Notes: generated by a model not told the origin, from the sequence alone. A DNA stretch of 21,271 nucleotides from Candidatus Aenigmatarchaeota archaeon (GCA_043824495.1 JBDRSV010000018.1:1-21271); one strand, 5' to 3'; shown: positions 7,933 to 16,135, counted from the stretch's first letter. Made by a program: numbers and translations.

Positions 7933-8116
7933 ACACTATAGAAACATCTTCTTTTTCTATTTTTTCAATTGCTACTCCGCCAGCAAAAATAACATAGTCT
8001 CCAGATTTCAAACCTTGAACAAGTTCTACGTTTAGTTCTATTTTCTTATCTTTAAACTTTGCTATAGCTTTTTTCCCATCAGATTCCAGGATCCTAGCAG
8101 TTGTCACTTGACACAT
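7907..8116 (-). CDS. hypC: HypC/HybG/HupF-family chaperone
   Basis: 69 aa, N-terminal Met-Cys, GDYVIFAGGVAIEKI; the conserved His is absent. Confidence 0.75.
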   Translation of the reverse strand: MCQVTTARILESDGKKAIAKFKDKKIELNVELVQGLKSGDYVIFAGGVAIEKIEKEDVSIVCGPNESER

Positions 8117-8153
8117 GATTATAATTAAATAGAGGACTTTTATTTATTCTGGT

Positions 8154-9488
8154 TTACCAGTATAACATAGCCAAACCGCTAAGTAGAATCACACCAATAG
8201 CAGCTAGTATTAAACCTACTTTTGCCATATCTTTCACTCTCACGTAGCCTGACGAATATGCTATAGCAGACGGCGGCGTCCCAACGGGCACTATGAAGTC
8301 CAAAGAAACTCCGATTGCTGCAATCATTACAATTGGTGTAATTGGTAGACCTAGAGCTGCGGCAAGAGGAATCATAAGAGGTATCATAACAGCTCCTGCT
8401 GCCGTGTTACTCGCCACTACAGTCAAAAGAATAGCGAATAGCGCCAACCCGACGAATATTATGAACATTGGCTGAGCGATAATACTAGTTTCAATTAAAC
8501 TCGCTATTAAGATGTCTAGACCCGAGGATTGTATAGCTAAACCTAGAGATAGTCCACCACCAATCAGGATCAGAACAGCCCAATTTATTTTTGCAAAGTC
8601 TTCTGTATCTAAAAGACCAAACACGTAAAGAGCTATGATAGGAACTAATGCGACTGTACTGCTTGCCAGACCGTGGAATTTTGTTGTTAACCATAATAAC
8701 GCAGTTGCAGCAAAAATGATAAGTATTTTCTTTTGATATCTGTTTAGTGTGTTGTTGAATTCAATTTTCTTCAAACTTGTAATTTCTGATTTAAACACTC
8801 GAGTAAGAACAACCCACATTATAGGAATAAATATTACGACAAACGGAAGCCCATAATACATCCAGTCTGTGAAACCAAATGATATTCCGGCTTCATTCAA
8901 AAACTTGGCGGCTATTACGTTTGGTGTGCTACCAACAAGACTTCCTATTCCACCAACTGTTGCTGAGAAAGCAATTCCAAGAACCAATGCTTTACCGTAG
9001 TTAGATTTCAAAGGTTTGATCTGATTTTTTGCGAGAATGACTAATGCAATAGGGAGAAGAATGGCCGCAGATGCTGTATTACTCATCCACATTGATAGGA
9101 AAGCTGAAACAATCATTATACCCAGAAGGAATTTTGAAGGAGAATGACCAAACCTGTCAAGAAATTTCATTGCTATATATTCGTCTAATTTGTGTTTCTG
9201 CATCGCACGAGCTAACACGAAACCTCCCATAAGCAATACGACTACAGGATCAAAGAATGGTGCGAATGTTTCAGTTGGTGTATACCCTGCTACAACAATT
9301 AGCAAGAATGCTATTAAGATGGCAGTCGCGTGTAGAGGCAGAACTTCAGTGAACCAGAGAAGCATTGCAATTATCATTATTGCTAGAACAGTTTGAGCTA
9401 AAGGATCTATCCCCATTGGCGCTATGCCTACAAGGATGGAGATAACCATGGAGATTAAGATTATACTATATCGTTTTTTCCTTTCCAT
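8154..9488 (-). CDS. SLC13/DASS-family sodium:dicarboxylate/sulfate symporter
   Basis: SMWMSNTASA, GSLVGSTPN, SNTAAGA and PVGTPPSAIAY signature loops. Confidence 0.92.
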   Translation of the reverse strand: MERKKRYSIILISMVISILVGIAPMGIDPLAQTVLAIMIIAMLLWFTEVLPLHATAILIAFLLIVVAGYTPTETFAPFFDPVVVLLMGGFVLARAMQKHKLDEYIAMKFLDRFGHSPSKFLLGIMIVSAFLSMWMSNTASAAILLPIALVILAKNQIKPLKSNYGKALVLGIAFSATVGGIGSLVGSTPNVIAAKFLNEAGISFGFTDWMYYGLPFVVIFIPIMWVVLTRVFKSEITSLKKIEFNNTLNRYQKKILIIFAATALLWLTTKFHGLASSTVALVPIIALYVFGLLDTEDFAKINWAVLILIGGGLSLGLAIQSSGLDILIASLIETSIIAQPMFIIFVGLALFAILLTVVASNTAAGAVMIPLMIPLAAALGLPITPIVMIAAIGVSLDFIVPVGTPPSAIAYSSGYVRVKDMAKVGLILAAIGVILLSGLAMLYW

Positions 9489-9623
9489 GCTAGTTCTTTT
9501 AATTATTCTCCTTCTCGGTATATATATTCTCCGTTCAAGGTATTCTATAAAATAAAGTTATTGAAGATGATTATCCTATTAAAAATAGTTAGGCTCTTTT
9601 AATAGTGGGTGAAGACAAATAAT

Positions 9624-10097
9624 ATGATGGGAGATGTGATTAACAGAAATCTAAAGATTATCACAATATTAGCAGTTATAGGAATAATAATTTCATCCTT
9701 TTTACTTTATTTGAAAATGAGCGGAGGCGAGAGTTTTTGTGATTTCTCCGCTGAAATTTCATGTGATGCAGTAAGTCAGAGTCCTTATGCAGAACTCCCA
9801 CCTAATTCAGGGATTCCTATAGCAGGACTTGGTATAATAGCATTCTTACTCTACATAATACCTTCTATATGGTTGATGAAAGCAAAAGAAAAAATATTGG
9901 GCATGGAGAAAAAAACAATTCACTACCTGTTGCTCGCTTGGGGTGTTTTCAGTTTGATATTTTATGCATATCTAACTTATTTGGAATTGTATGTAATCTA
10001 TGCGATCTGTCCATTATGCGTAGTAGAAGCTATTATAACAATCGTGATGTTCATTTTCATAGTTTATAATGTAAAAATAATGAGAGATGAGTCATGA
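9624..10097 (+). CDS. Vitamin K epoxide reductase (VKOR) family protein
   Basis: Loop Cys pair FCDFSAEISCDAVSQSPYA, active-site CPLC, 4 TM segments. Confidence 0.9.
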   Translation: MMGDVINRNLKIITILAVIGIIISSFLLYLKMSGGESFCDFSAEISCDAVSQSPYAELPPNSGIPIAGLGIIAFLLYIIPSIWLMKAKEKILGMEKKTIHYLLLAWGVFSLIFYAYLTYLELYVIYAICPLCVVEAIITIVMFIFIVYNVKIMRDES

Positions 10098-10486
10098 AGT
10101 TTTTAGTGCTTTTAACAATAGCTGCTATTATTTTTGTGAGTGGTTGTACAGCTGCTCCCGCAAAAGATCATGCTTTTACTAACTGTTTGACAGAGAATGG
10201 TATAAGTGAATATGGTGCATATTGGTGTCCAAATTGTGCAAGAGTTAAATTAACTCTTGGTGATGCACATCACAATGTGGATTATCATGAGTGTGATCCA
10301 AAATGTGTGGTTGATGATAATGGAAATCTTCCAGACTTCTGCAATGGAGTTATGAGCGAGACAGACGTTTGTCTCGAAAAGGGTGTTAACAAATATCCTA
10401 CATGGATAAAAGACGGTCAGCAAATATATGTAGGATCGGATCTAACTAAACTTGCAGAAGCTAGTGGATGTCAGCTTCCTGAATAG
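10094..10486 (+). CDS. Thioredoxin-like lipoprotein (VKOR-partner type)
   Basis: Lipobox-like FVSGC; YGAYWCPNC, YHEC...C and YPTW motifs as in the Trx domain fused to cyanobacterial/plant VKOR; start overlaps the VKOR stop. Confidence 0.85.
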   Translation: MKFLVLLTIAAIIFVSGCTAAPAKDHAFTNCLTENGISEYGAYWCPNCARVKLTLGDAHHNVDYHECDPKCVVDDNGNLPDFCNGVMSETDVCLEKGVNKYPTWIKDGQQIYVGSDLTKLAEASGCQLPE

Positions 10487-10493
10487 GATATAA

Positions 10494-11330
10494 ATGGTAA
10501 GTAAAAAAGAAATCGGAGAAGAGAATAGTAGAGCAAACATTTATAGTAAAAATAAGTCTGCAAGAAGGAGGCTTATTAGTATTGGTGCGATATACATAAT
10601 TGCAGTTTATGTGACATATCTTCTTGCAGGAATTGGTTTGATCTGGTTCCAGGGTATTCTCATTACTCTAGGATTGGCCTTATACCTTGGGGTGATTGTT
10701 GGAATCATTCTTCTTATTTTTGGACTTCTGGAAATCAAGGATTTCTTCTGGTATGGACGAGGATTATCTCTAGCAATACCAGTTAGATTTACAAGTACAA
10801 TAAAAGCCAAAGCAGCTCATGTGACAGGGCTGGGTGCAATAGTACTTGGTGTGTTTGTTGCAATGGTAGAACTTCCATGTACTGGGGGTCCATATCTTGC
10901 TATTACTGCAATACTGGCATCAAAATTTGATTTGCTGGCTTTCTACTACCTCTTACTGTATAATTTCATTTTTGTCTTGCCTTTGATAATTATAGTATTC
11001 CTTGCAGCTTTTGGTGTTAAGTACGAGAAAATGAAAGCATGGAAACAGTCTCAAAAGAAATGGATGAGACTTATTGCAGGAATCTTGTTGATATCTTTCG
11101 GTGTATTTATCATATCATATTATCTGGGCTTCGTAAATATAGAATATTTGGGTGTTGACACATCTGGTGGGGCGATCACTCTGGAGGGTTTAACCTTACC
11201 TGTTGTGATAGGAACAGCAATAATAGATTCTGTTAATCCTTGTGCAATTGGAGTTCTATTATTACTGGTCGCAACACTTGTTTCAATAAGTAGAGCTGAG
11301 AAAATCCAGATAAAAAAATCTATAGAGTGA
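10494..11330 (+). CDS. CcdA/DsbD-beta-like transmembrane disulfide transporter, circularly permuted
   Basis: Contains ELPCTGGPY and IDSVNPCA motifs and IKDFFWYGRG; multiple TM segments. Confidence 0.8.
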   Translation: MVSKKEIGEENSRANIYSKNKSARRRLISIGAIYIIAVYVTYLLAGIGLIWFQGILITLGLALYLGVIVGIILLIFGLLEIKDFFWYGRGLSLAIPVRFTSTIKAKAAHVTGLGAIVLGVFVAMVELPCTGGPYLAITAILASKFDLLAFYYLLLYNFIFVLPLIIIVFLAAFGVKYEKMKAWKQSQKKWMRLIAGILLISFGVFIISYYLGFVNIEYLGVDTSGGAITLEGLTLPVVIGTAIIDSVNPCAIGVLLLLVATLVSISRAEKIQIKKSIE

Positions 11331-11337
11331 TTAATTA

Positions 11338-11826
11338 ATGACATGTAAACCAGAACAGTTATGGGCTGCACTTAGAATAGTCCTTGGATGGATATTCTTA
11401 TGGGCATTTCTTGACAAAGTTTTCGGATTAGGATTCGCTACAAAACCGGAAGCCGCATGGATAGCTGGTGGATCTCCAACAAGTGGATTTCTTCAATTTG
11501 GAACACATGGACCATTAGCTTCTATGTTCCAGGTTCTTGCAGGAAACGTCTTTATTGACGGCATCTTCATGTTAGGACTACTGTTACTAGGGCTAGCATT
11601 AATATTGGGTATTGGTGTCAGAATTGCAGGACATGCTGGTGCATTATTGATGTTCTTAATGTGGTTGAGTCTTATACCACCTGCTAATAATCCAATAGTG
11701 GATGAACACATAGTTTATCTAATCTTGCTACTACTAATGGCTAAGGTAAAGGCTGGACAGTGGTATGGTCTAGGTAAATGGTGGTCCAACAAAACTTTTG
11801 TTAAGAATCATCCAATTTTAGAATGA
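11338..11826 (+). CDS. DoxX/DoxD-family membrane protein
   Basis: LRIVLGWIFLWAFLDK...GGSPTSGFL...NPIVDEH...G.W.GLG motifs. Confidence 0.85.
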   Translation: MTCKPEQLWAALRIVLGWIFLWAFLDKVFGLGFATKPEAAWIAGGSPTSGFLQFGTHGPLASMFQVLAGNVFIDGIFMLGLLLLGLALILGIGVRIAGHAGALLMFLMWLSLIPPANNPIVDEHIVYLILLLLMAKVKAGQWYGLGKWWSNKTFVKNHPILE

Positions 11827-11829
11827 AAC

Positions 11830-13002
11830 CTATAGGAAAATATTGAACAAATAACCAATGATTAGTATTTGAGGAACTGTTATCAATGGTAATAATAGAG
11901 CTGCTCTTTTTCCTATATTAGAAGCTATCAATCCTATTTCTGTGTAATCTGTTGCAACACCGGCCATCAAGAATGTAAATGCGTTCCCTGTTGCGCCTGT
12001 TTGATTGTATATCTCAAAAGCTATCGGTGAAGAACCCTCAGAGCACACTTCTATTATAGTGGCTATCACTAGTGTTATAAACAAGCCAATTAGTGTTGGT
12101 CCAAGATATGTGGCAAATAATTCAGCATGTATGAAAACTCGAGCAAAACTAGCAAATATCATACCTATTAAAACCCACCACAATACCATCTTTGTAAGAG
12201 ACCAGGAGCCTCTTACTATTCCTTTTGCAATCTTCATGTTATCAGGACTTTTCTTGTAGAATTTCCATCTCTTTTTAATGTCATTGCCAACAGAAAAATC
12301 CTCTATTATATCAGATGTATGTGGATTTACCTCAACCAAATTTTTTCTTTCCAATACCTGATAAATGAGACCGGTTATGATTGCGATTAATATAGCGGAC
12401 AGTATGAAGTAAAGTGCGTTTATTCCAAAGAAACCAAATAGAAGGATGGTCATGGGTAAATTAGCCCATGGACTAGCTAACAAGAAAGCGATGACAGAAG
12501 AAACTGAAGCACCCTTTCTATAGAATTCCATTGAGATTGCTAAAATTCCGTGAGAACACGCAGACATAATAAATCCTAGGAGAACAGACCAGCCTATTGT
12601 TCTCTTCTCGTTTTTAGAAAGAAACTTAGAAATGTATTCACTTGGTATAAGGTACTCCACGAAACCTCCTATTACAAAACCGAGTATTATTGCCCACCAT
12701 ATAAGTAGTAGATAATCGTAGAATGCGAACCAGAAATCATTCAAAATTGTTATTCCAAAAACTGAAACAACAGGATTCAGTACAAATAATATAATCAATG
12801 CAATTAATAATTGATAAAGTCTTTCTTGATACCATTTCTTATTGTGTTTATTTGATTCTGATGGTGAACATGAAGGACAATATGGATCCTTTTTAGGTCT
12901 GTTCTTTTCTTCATATTTTTTAATGCAATGATTACTACAAAAATAATTTCCATGGGCTTTTATGTGACCTTTCATTCCACATATAGGGTCTCTTTCTTTC
13001 AT
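11830..13002 (-). CDS. DUF318/ArsP-type permease with N-terminal YHS/TRASH-like metal-binding domain
   Basis: N-terminal DPICGM...YFCSNHC; permease motifs SACSHG, FLLASP, EVCSEG. Confidence 0.8.
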   Translation of the reverse strand: MKERDPICGMKGHIKAHGNYFCSNHCIKKYEEKNRPKKDPYCPSCSPSESNKHNKKWYQERLYQLLIALIILFVLNPVVSVFGITILNDFWFAFYDYLLLIWWAIILGFVIGGFVEYLIPSEYISKFLSKNEKRTIGWSVLLGFIMSACSHGILAISMEFYRKGASVSSVIAFLLASPWANLPMTILLFGFFGINALYFILSAILIAIITGLIYQVLERKNLVEVNPHTSDIIEDFSVGNDIKKRWKFYKKSPDNMKIAKGIVRGSWSLTKMVLWWVLIGMIFASFARVFIHAELFATYLGPTLIGLFITLVIATIIEVCSEGSSPIAFEIYNQTGATGNAFTFLMAGVATDYTEIGLIASNIGKRAALLLPLITVPQILIIGYLFNIFL

Positions 13003-13058
13003 TTCCTATTAATTTATAGTTTCTAGACTAATATAGTACATAACTCTAGAGGATCTTT

Positions 13059-13967
13059 ATGTCAATTAAATTATGGTTAATAGAAATGAGAGCGCCGTTC
13101 TTAACAGCTTCGATCATACCTGTTTTTATTGGTGCTTCATATGCATTCTATTCAACAGGATTGTTTAATTTATTACTGTTTATTCTGACTCTTATGGGAG
13201 CCATTTTCTTGCATTTAGGAACAAATCTGGCTAATGAGTTTTATGATTTTAATAATGGAACAGACAAGATAAACAAGAAAAGAAATCCTTTCTCAGGAGG
13301 TAGTGGATTGCTACCAGCCGGTCAAATGAATGCTGGTAGTGTTCATGGTTTATCTATAGTTTTCTTTGCTTTAGCATCTCTAATAGGATTGTATTTATTC
13401 TTTATACTAGGTCCTATTATTCTAGTCTTTGGTTTGATAGGAATAATATCAGGATACTTCTATACGAACACAACAGTAAACTTTGCAAAGAGAGGTATAG
13501 GAGAATTTCTCGTTGGTTTGAATTTTGGAGTGTTGTTAGTTTTAGGAACATTCTTCGTTCAAACAGGAATGTTATCACTTTCAGCTGTGTTCGTTTCTCT
13601 CCCAATAGCGTTCTTAGTAACCGGAATATTATATATCAACCAATTCCCTGATTATGAAGCTGATAAAAAAACAGGAAAAACAAATCTTGTAGTTAAGATG
13701 GGAAGGAAAAAGGCAGTTACAGGATACATTTTCCTAATATCTCTGGTTTATGCAACAATAATATTATATGTTGCTTCAGGATTCTTACCTTTAGCTTCTT
13801 TACTGGCTTTAATCACAATACCGATCGCAATGAAATCGGTTAAAATAGCAAAGAAACATCATTCAGCTTTCCCTCAAATAATTCCAGCTCAATCATCAAC
13901 AATAATGAATCATCTTGTTACGGGAATAATATTAATAATTACAATTTTGATATCCACTCTACTCTAA
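13059..13967 (+). CDS. menA: 1,4-dihydroxy-2-naphthoate prenyltransferase (UbiA superfamily)
   Basis: MRAPFLTASIIP, NLANEFYDFNNGTD, GEFLVG.NFG, NQFPDYEADKKTGK.NLVV motifs. Confidence 0.85.
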   Translation: MSIKLWLIEMRAPFLTASIIPVFIGASYAFYSTGLFNLLLFILTLMGAIFLHLGTNLANEFYDFNNGTDKINKKRNPFSGGSGLLPAGQMNAGSVHGLSIVFFALASLIGLYLFFILGPIILVFGLIGIISGYFYTNTTVNFAKRGIGEFLVGLNFGVLLVLGTFFVQTGMLSLSAVFVSLPIAFLVTGILYINQFPDYEADKKTGKTNLVVKMGRKKAVTGYIFLISLVYATIILYVASGFLPLASLLALITIPIAMKSVKIAKKHHSAFPQIIPAQSSTIMNHLVTGIILIITILISTLL

Positions 13968-14188
13968 TTCTTCATCTCGTTTTTCTTTTCTGTCTCTTCA
14001 GGCATCATAGTCTTCTCTTTTATTGTAATTGGTATAATACCTAAATCCCACTCCAGAGCAGCTATAAGTGCAGGGCTTGATCCACTCGGAGCATCAACAA
14101 GAGGAGGAGCTCCTTGTGCTAATTGTAATCTTCTCGTGGCTATTATTCTAACCTTCTCAAATCTTGATTGTTTTTTTCCTTCTTTCAT
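13964..14188 (-). CDS. rpoK: DNA-directed RNA polymerase subunit K (Rpo6/omega)
   Basis: SRFEKVRIIATRRLQLAQGAPPLV...IAALEWDLGIIPITI; SD GGTGA 3 nt upstream of the ATG. Confidence 0.9.
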   Translation of the reverse strand: MKEGKKQSRFEKVRIIATRRLQLAQGAPPLVDAPSGSSPALIAALEWDLGIIPITIKEKTMMPEETEKKNEMKN

Positions 14189-14211
14189 AATTCACCGTCC
14201 TTAATAGAAAC

Positions 14212-14228
14212 GGGAGGGAATCCCTCCC
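14212..14228. terminator. GC-rich perfect hairpin between the micro-ORFs and rpoK (terminator or regulatory)
   Basis: GGGAGGG-AAT-CCCTCCC; followed on the minus strand by GTTTCT. Confidence 0.4.
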
Positions 14229-14277
14229 AAATATAAAGAGTTAAAAGATACATAGGTAGTTTATCTTTAACTAATCA

Positions 14278-14316
14278 CTATTTTTTCTTTTCCTTTTTTT
14301 GCTTTTTCTTGGCCAT
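14278..14316 (-). CDS. Candidate 12-aa basic micropeptide MAKKKQKKEKKK
   Basis: SD GGGTGA(T) 4 nt upstream of the ATG; double stop TAG TGA. Confidence 0.45.
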   Translation of the reverse strand: MAKKKQKKEKKK

Positions 14317-14371
14317 TAAATCACCCAAATTTATATTAAATAAATAAAAAACATTTATCTAGACGAATGTA

Positions 14372-14410
14372 TTATTCATCATCTTCATCATCTTCTTCTC
14401 TCCAAAACAT
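14372..14410 (-). CDS. Candidate 12-aa acidic micropeptide MFWREEDDEDDE
   Basis: SD GAGGAGGT 5 nt upstream of the ATG; TAA stop. An in-frame upstream ATG at 14425 would add MRRYN. Confidence 0.45.
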   Translation of the reverse strand: MFWREEDDEDDE

Positions 14411-14610
14411 ATTATACCTCCTCATATTGTGAAATGTGAGTTTTTGAATTGGTTTTCAAAATAAAAATTGATTTGATTAAAAACCAAAAAGGGGTGAATT
14501 TTCTTCTGTTGTCTAAAGAAAAACCGATTCATAGAAATCAATCTTCAGACATATGTTCCCTATCAGAATATCAAAGGAACTGTGTTTATTTGGTACTTTG
14601 GACTTATAAA

Positions 14611-15120
14611 CTAATATCTTAACAAAGAAAAAACGTCATACCCTCTTAGCTTCTCTATACCGTGTAGAGTATATAGTTCTATAACGAAGCAAAAAAGTGG
14701 CTTACCACCCAATTTTTCTACTAGTTTAGCTGAGGCAGCTGCAGTTCCACCAGTTGCTAGAAGATCATCTACAACGAGAACCTTTTGCCCTTCTTTGATC
14801 GAACCCATTTGAATTTCTAGAGAATCAGATCCATACTCCTTTTCATAAGACTCCTCGAATGTTTCACCCGGAAGCTTTCCTTTCTTCCTTATAGGAACAA
14901 ATCCTACTCCTAGCTCATTTGCAAGGGCCCCTCCAATTATAAAGCCTCTAGATTCAATACCAGCTACTAGCTCCACGTCTCTATTCTCGTATCTATCAGA
15001 AATGATCCGTACAAGTTCTTGGAATGCCTCGGGGTCCCTTAGAAGAGGGTTGATATCCTTGAACATAATACCCTCTTTAGGAAAATTTGGTATGTCCCTT
15101 ATTCTCCTTTTTAGGTTCAT
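14611..15120 (-). CDS. apt: Adenine phosphoribosyltransferase
   Basis: IPNFPKEGIMFKDI, GIESRGF, RKKGKLP, YEKEYG and the PRPP-binding VVDDLLATGGT motif. Confidence 0.97.
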   Translation of the reverse strand: MNLKRRIRDIPNFPKEGIMFKDINPLLRDPEAFQELVRIISDRYENRDVELVAGIESRGFIIGGALANELGVGFVPIRKKGKLPGETFEESYEKEYGSDSLEIQMGSIKEGQKVLVVDDLLATGGTAAASAKLVEKLGGKPLFCFVIELYTLHGIEKLRGYDVFSLLRY

Positions 15121-15151
15121 ATTATTTTATTGTTACAAAGAAATAAAAAAA

Positions 15152-15239
15152 GCGCCCCTGGACGAGAGACAGTAAAAATGTCCCGATCTGATGATGTTAA
15201 TAATGTAGAAGATGAAGTCGAAGGCTGAGAGTCGTGGAC
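15152..15239. repeat. Intergenic repeat copy E1
   Basis: GCGCCCCTGGACGAGAGA..TGTCC..GCTGAGAG..TGGAC; blocks in the same order as in E2. Confidence 0.6.
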
Positions 15240-15273
15240 GAAGATATTAAAATAATCAAATTATTCTATTTCT

Positions 15274-15684
15274 ATGGAGAAACAAAGACCACAAGTAGGA
15301 GTTGCGGTTATTGTAGTTAAGAATAATAAAGTTCTTCTCCTCCGAAGAACCAATTCACATGGCGAAGGTACATGGAATTTTCCCGGAGGTCATTTAGAAT
15401 TTAATGAATCGTTGGAAGATTGTTCAAAAAGAGAAACCCTTGAAGAAAGCGATATAACCATCAAAAATATAAAATTTGCGAGTCTAACAAATGATGTATT
15501 TAAAGAGAAGAAAAAGCACTATATAACCATTTTCATGATTTCGGATTGGAAATCGGGAGAAGCAAAAATAATGGAACCAAATAAAGCTACAAACATAGGA
15601 TGGTTTGAGTGGGACAATCTACCCCAACCTCTTTTTCTAACAGAAGAAAGTCTACTTAAACAGGGTTACAACCCTTTCAAATAA
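15274..15684 (+). CDS. NUDIX hydrolase (MutT/NUDT15-like)
   Basis: Nudix box GGHLEFNESLEDCSKRETLEESDI; HYITIF and EP.K...W.WF motifs. Confidence 0.92.
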   Translation: MEKQRPQVGVAVIVVKNNKVLLLRRTNSHGEGTWNFPGGHLEFNESLEDCSKRETLEESDITIKNIKFASLTNDVFKEKKKHYITIFMISDWKSGEAKIMEPNKATNIGWFEWDNLPQPLFLTEESLLKQGYNPFK

Positions 15685-15730
15685 TTCTCACAATTTCTTT
15701 AATTGATCAGTCATGAATACCAGTCAAATC

Positions 15731-15838
15731 GAGGTGAAAGTACCTCACGCTCTGGGCGAGAGATGTCCACTTTGAGCAAAGCCCTATAACGCCTCTATTA
15801 AGCTTTGCTGAGAGAGAAATCAATGGCTCAGATTGGAC
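15731..15838. repeat. Intergenic repeat copy E2, strongly structured
   Basis: ACGCTCTGGGCGAGAGATGTCC..TATAACGCC..GCTGAGAG..TGGAC; stems GAGGT/ACCTC, GTCCA/TGGAC, AGCAAAGC/GCTTTGCT, CTGAG/CTCAG. Confidence 0.65.
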
Positions 15839-15860
15839 TCTATAATGAATCTAATAATGA

Positions 15861-16106
15861 TTATATGATTTTTATTATTTTTTTAATACTCTCATCTGAT
15901 AATTTGTAGTATACTTTTCTTCCATCCCTTCTGGATTTCAATACACCCAGATTTTCAAGTTTTGCAAGCTGAATAGAAATTGTCGATTGCTTCCTTTTAG
16001 TATGAGGTATTATCTCACAGACGCATTTTTCACCGTCTGTAAGAAAATCCACGATATTTAGTCGTGTTTCATCGCTTAGAGCTTTGAATATTTTCAGTCT
16101 GTCCAT
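15861..16106 (-). CDS. arsR: ArsR/SmtB-family transcriptional repressor
   Basis: FKALSDETRL.I...L...EKCVCEI (alpha3 Cys metalloid site), QSTISIQL..L...G, RRDGRKVYYKL. Confidence 0.9.
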   Translation of the reverse strand: MDRLKIFKALSDETRLNIVDFLTDGEKCVCEIIPHTKRKQSTISIQLAKLENLGVLKSRRDGRKVYYKLSDESIKKIIKII

Positions 16107-16113
16107 TAATTTA

Positions 16114-16135
16114 TATATTGATATGTATCAATATA
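16114..16135. promoter_or_regulatory. Probable ArsR operator in the divergent promoter
   Basis: Perfect 10-2-10 inverted repeat TATATTGATA-TG-TATCAATATA within the 32-bp gap between the arsR and trx starts. Confidence 0.75.

Noticed and set aside
14185-14253. 22-aa ORF MYLLTLYIWEGFPPVSIKDGEL overlapping the rpoK start
   Set aside because: It has no SD and no compositional signal, so it is probably incidental.
15189-15228. Box C/D sRNA (TGATGA...CTGA)
   Set aside because: Only 40 nt, box C lacks the purine, D'/C' boxes are poor, there is no terminal stem, and I could not recognise rRNA/tRNA complements for the guides. The segment is better explained as part of E1. Not fully excluded; snoscan would settle it.
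15224-15814. TPP riboswitch (GCTGAGA in E1 and E2)
   Set aside because: The downstream ACC(Y)GA / TAATGC / GCG.AGGGA core is absent and there are no thiamine genes nearby.
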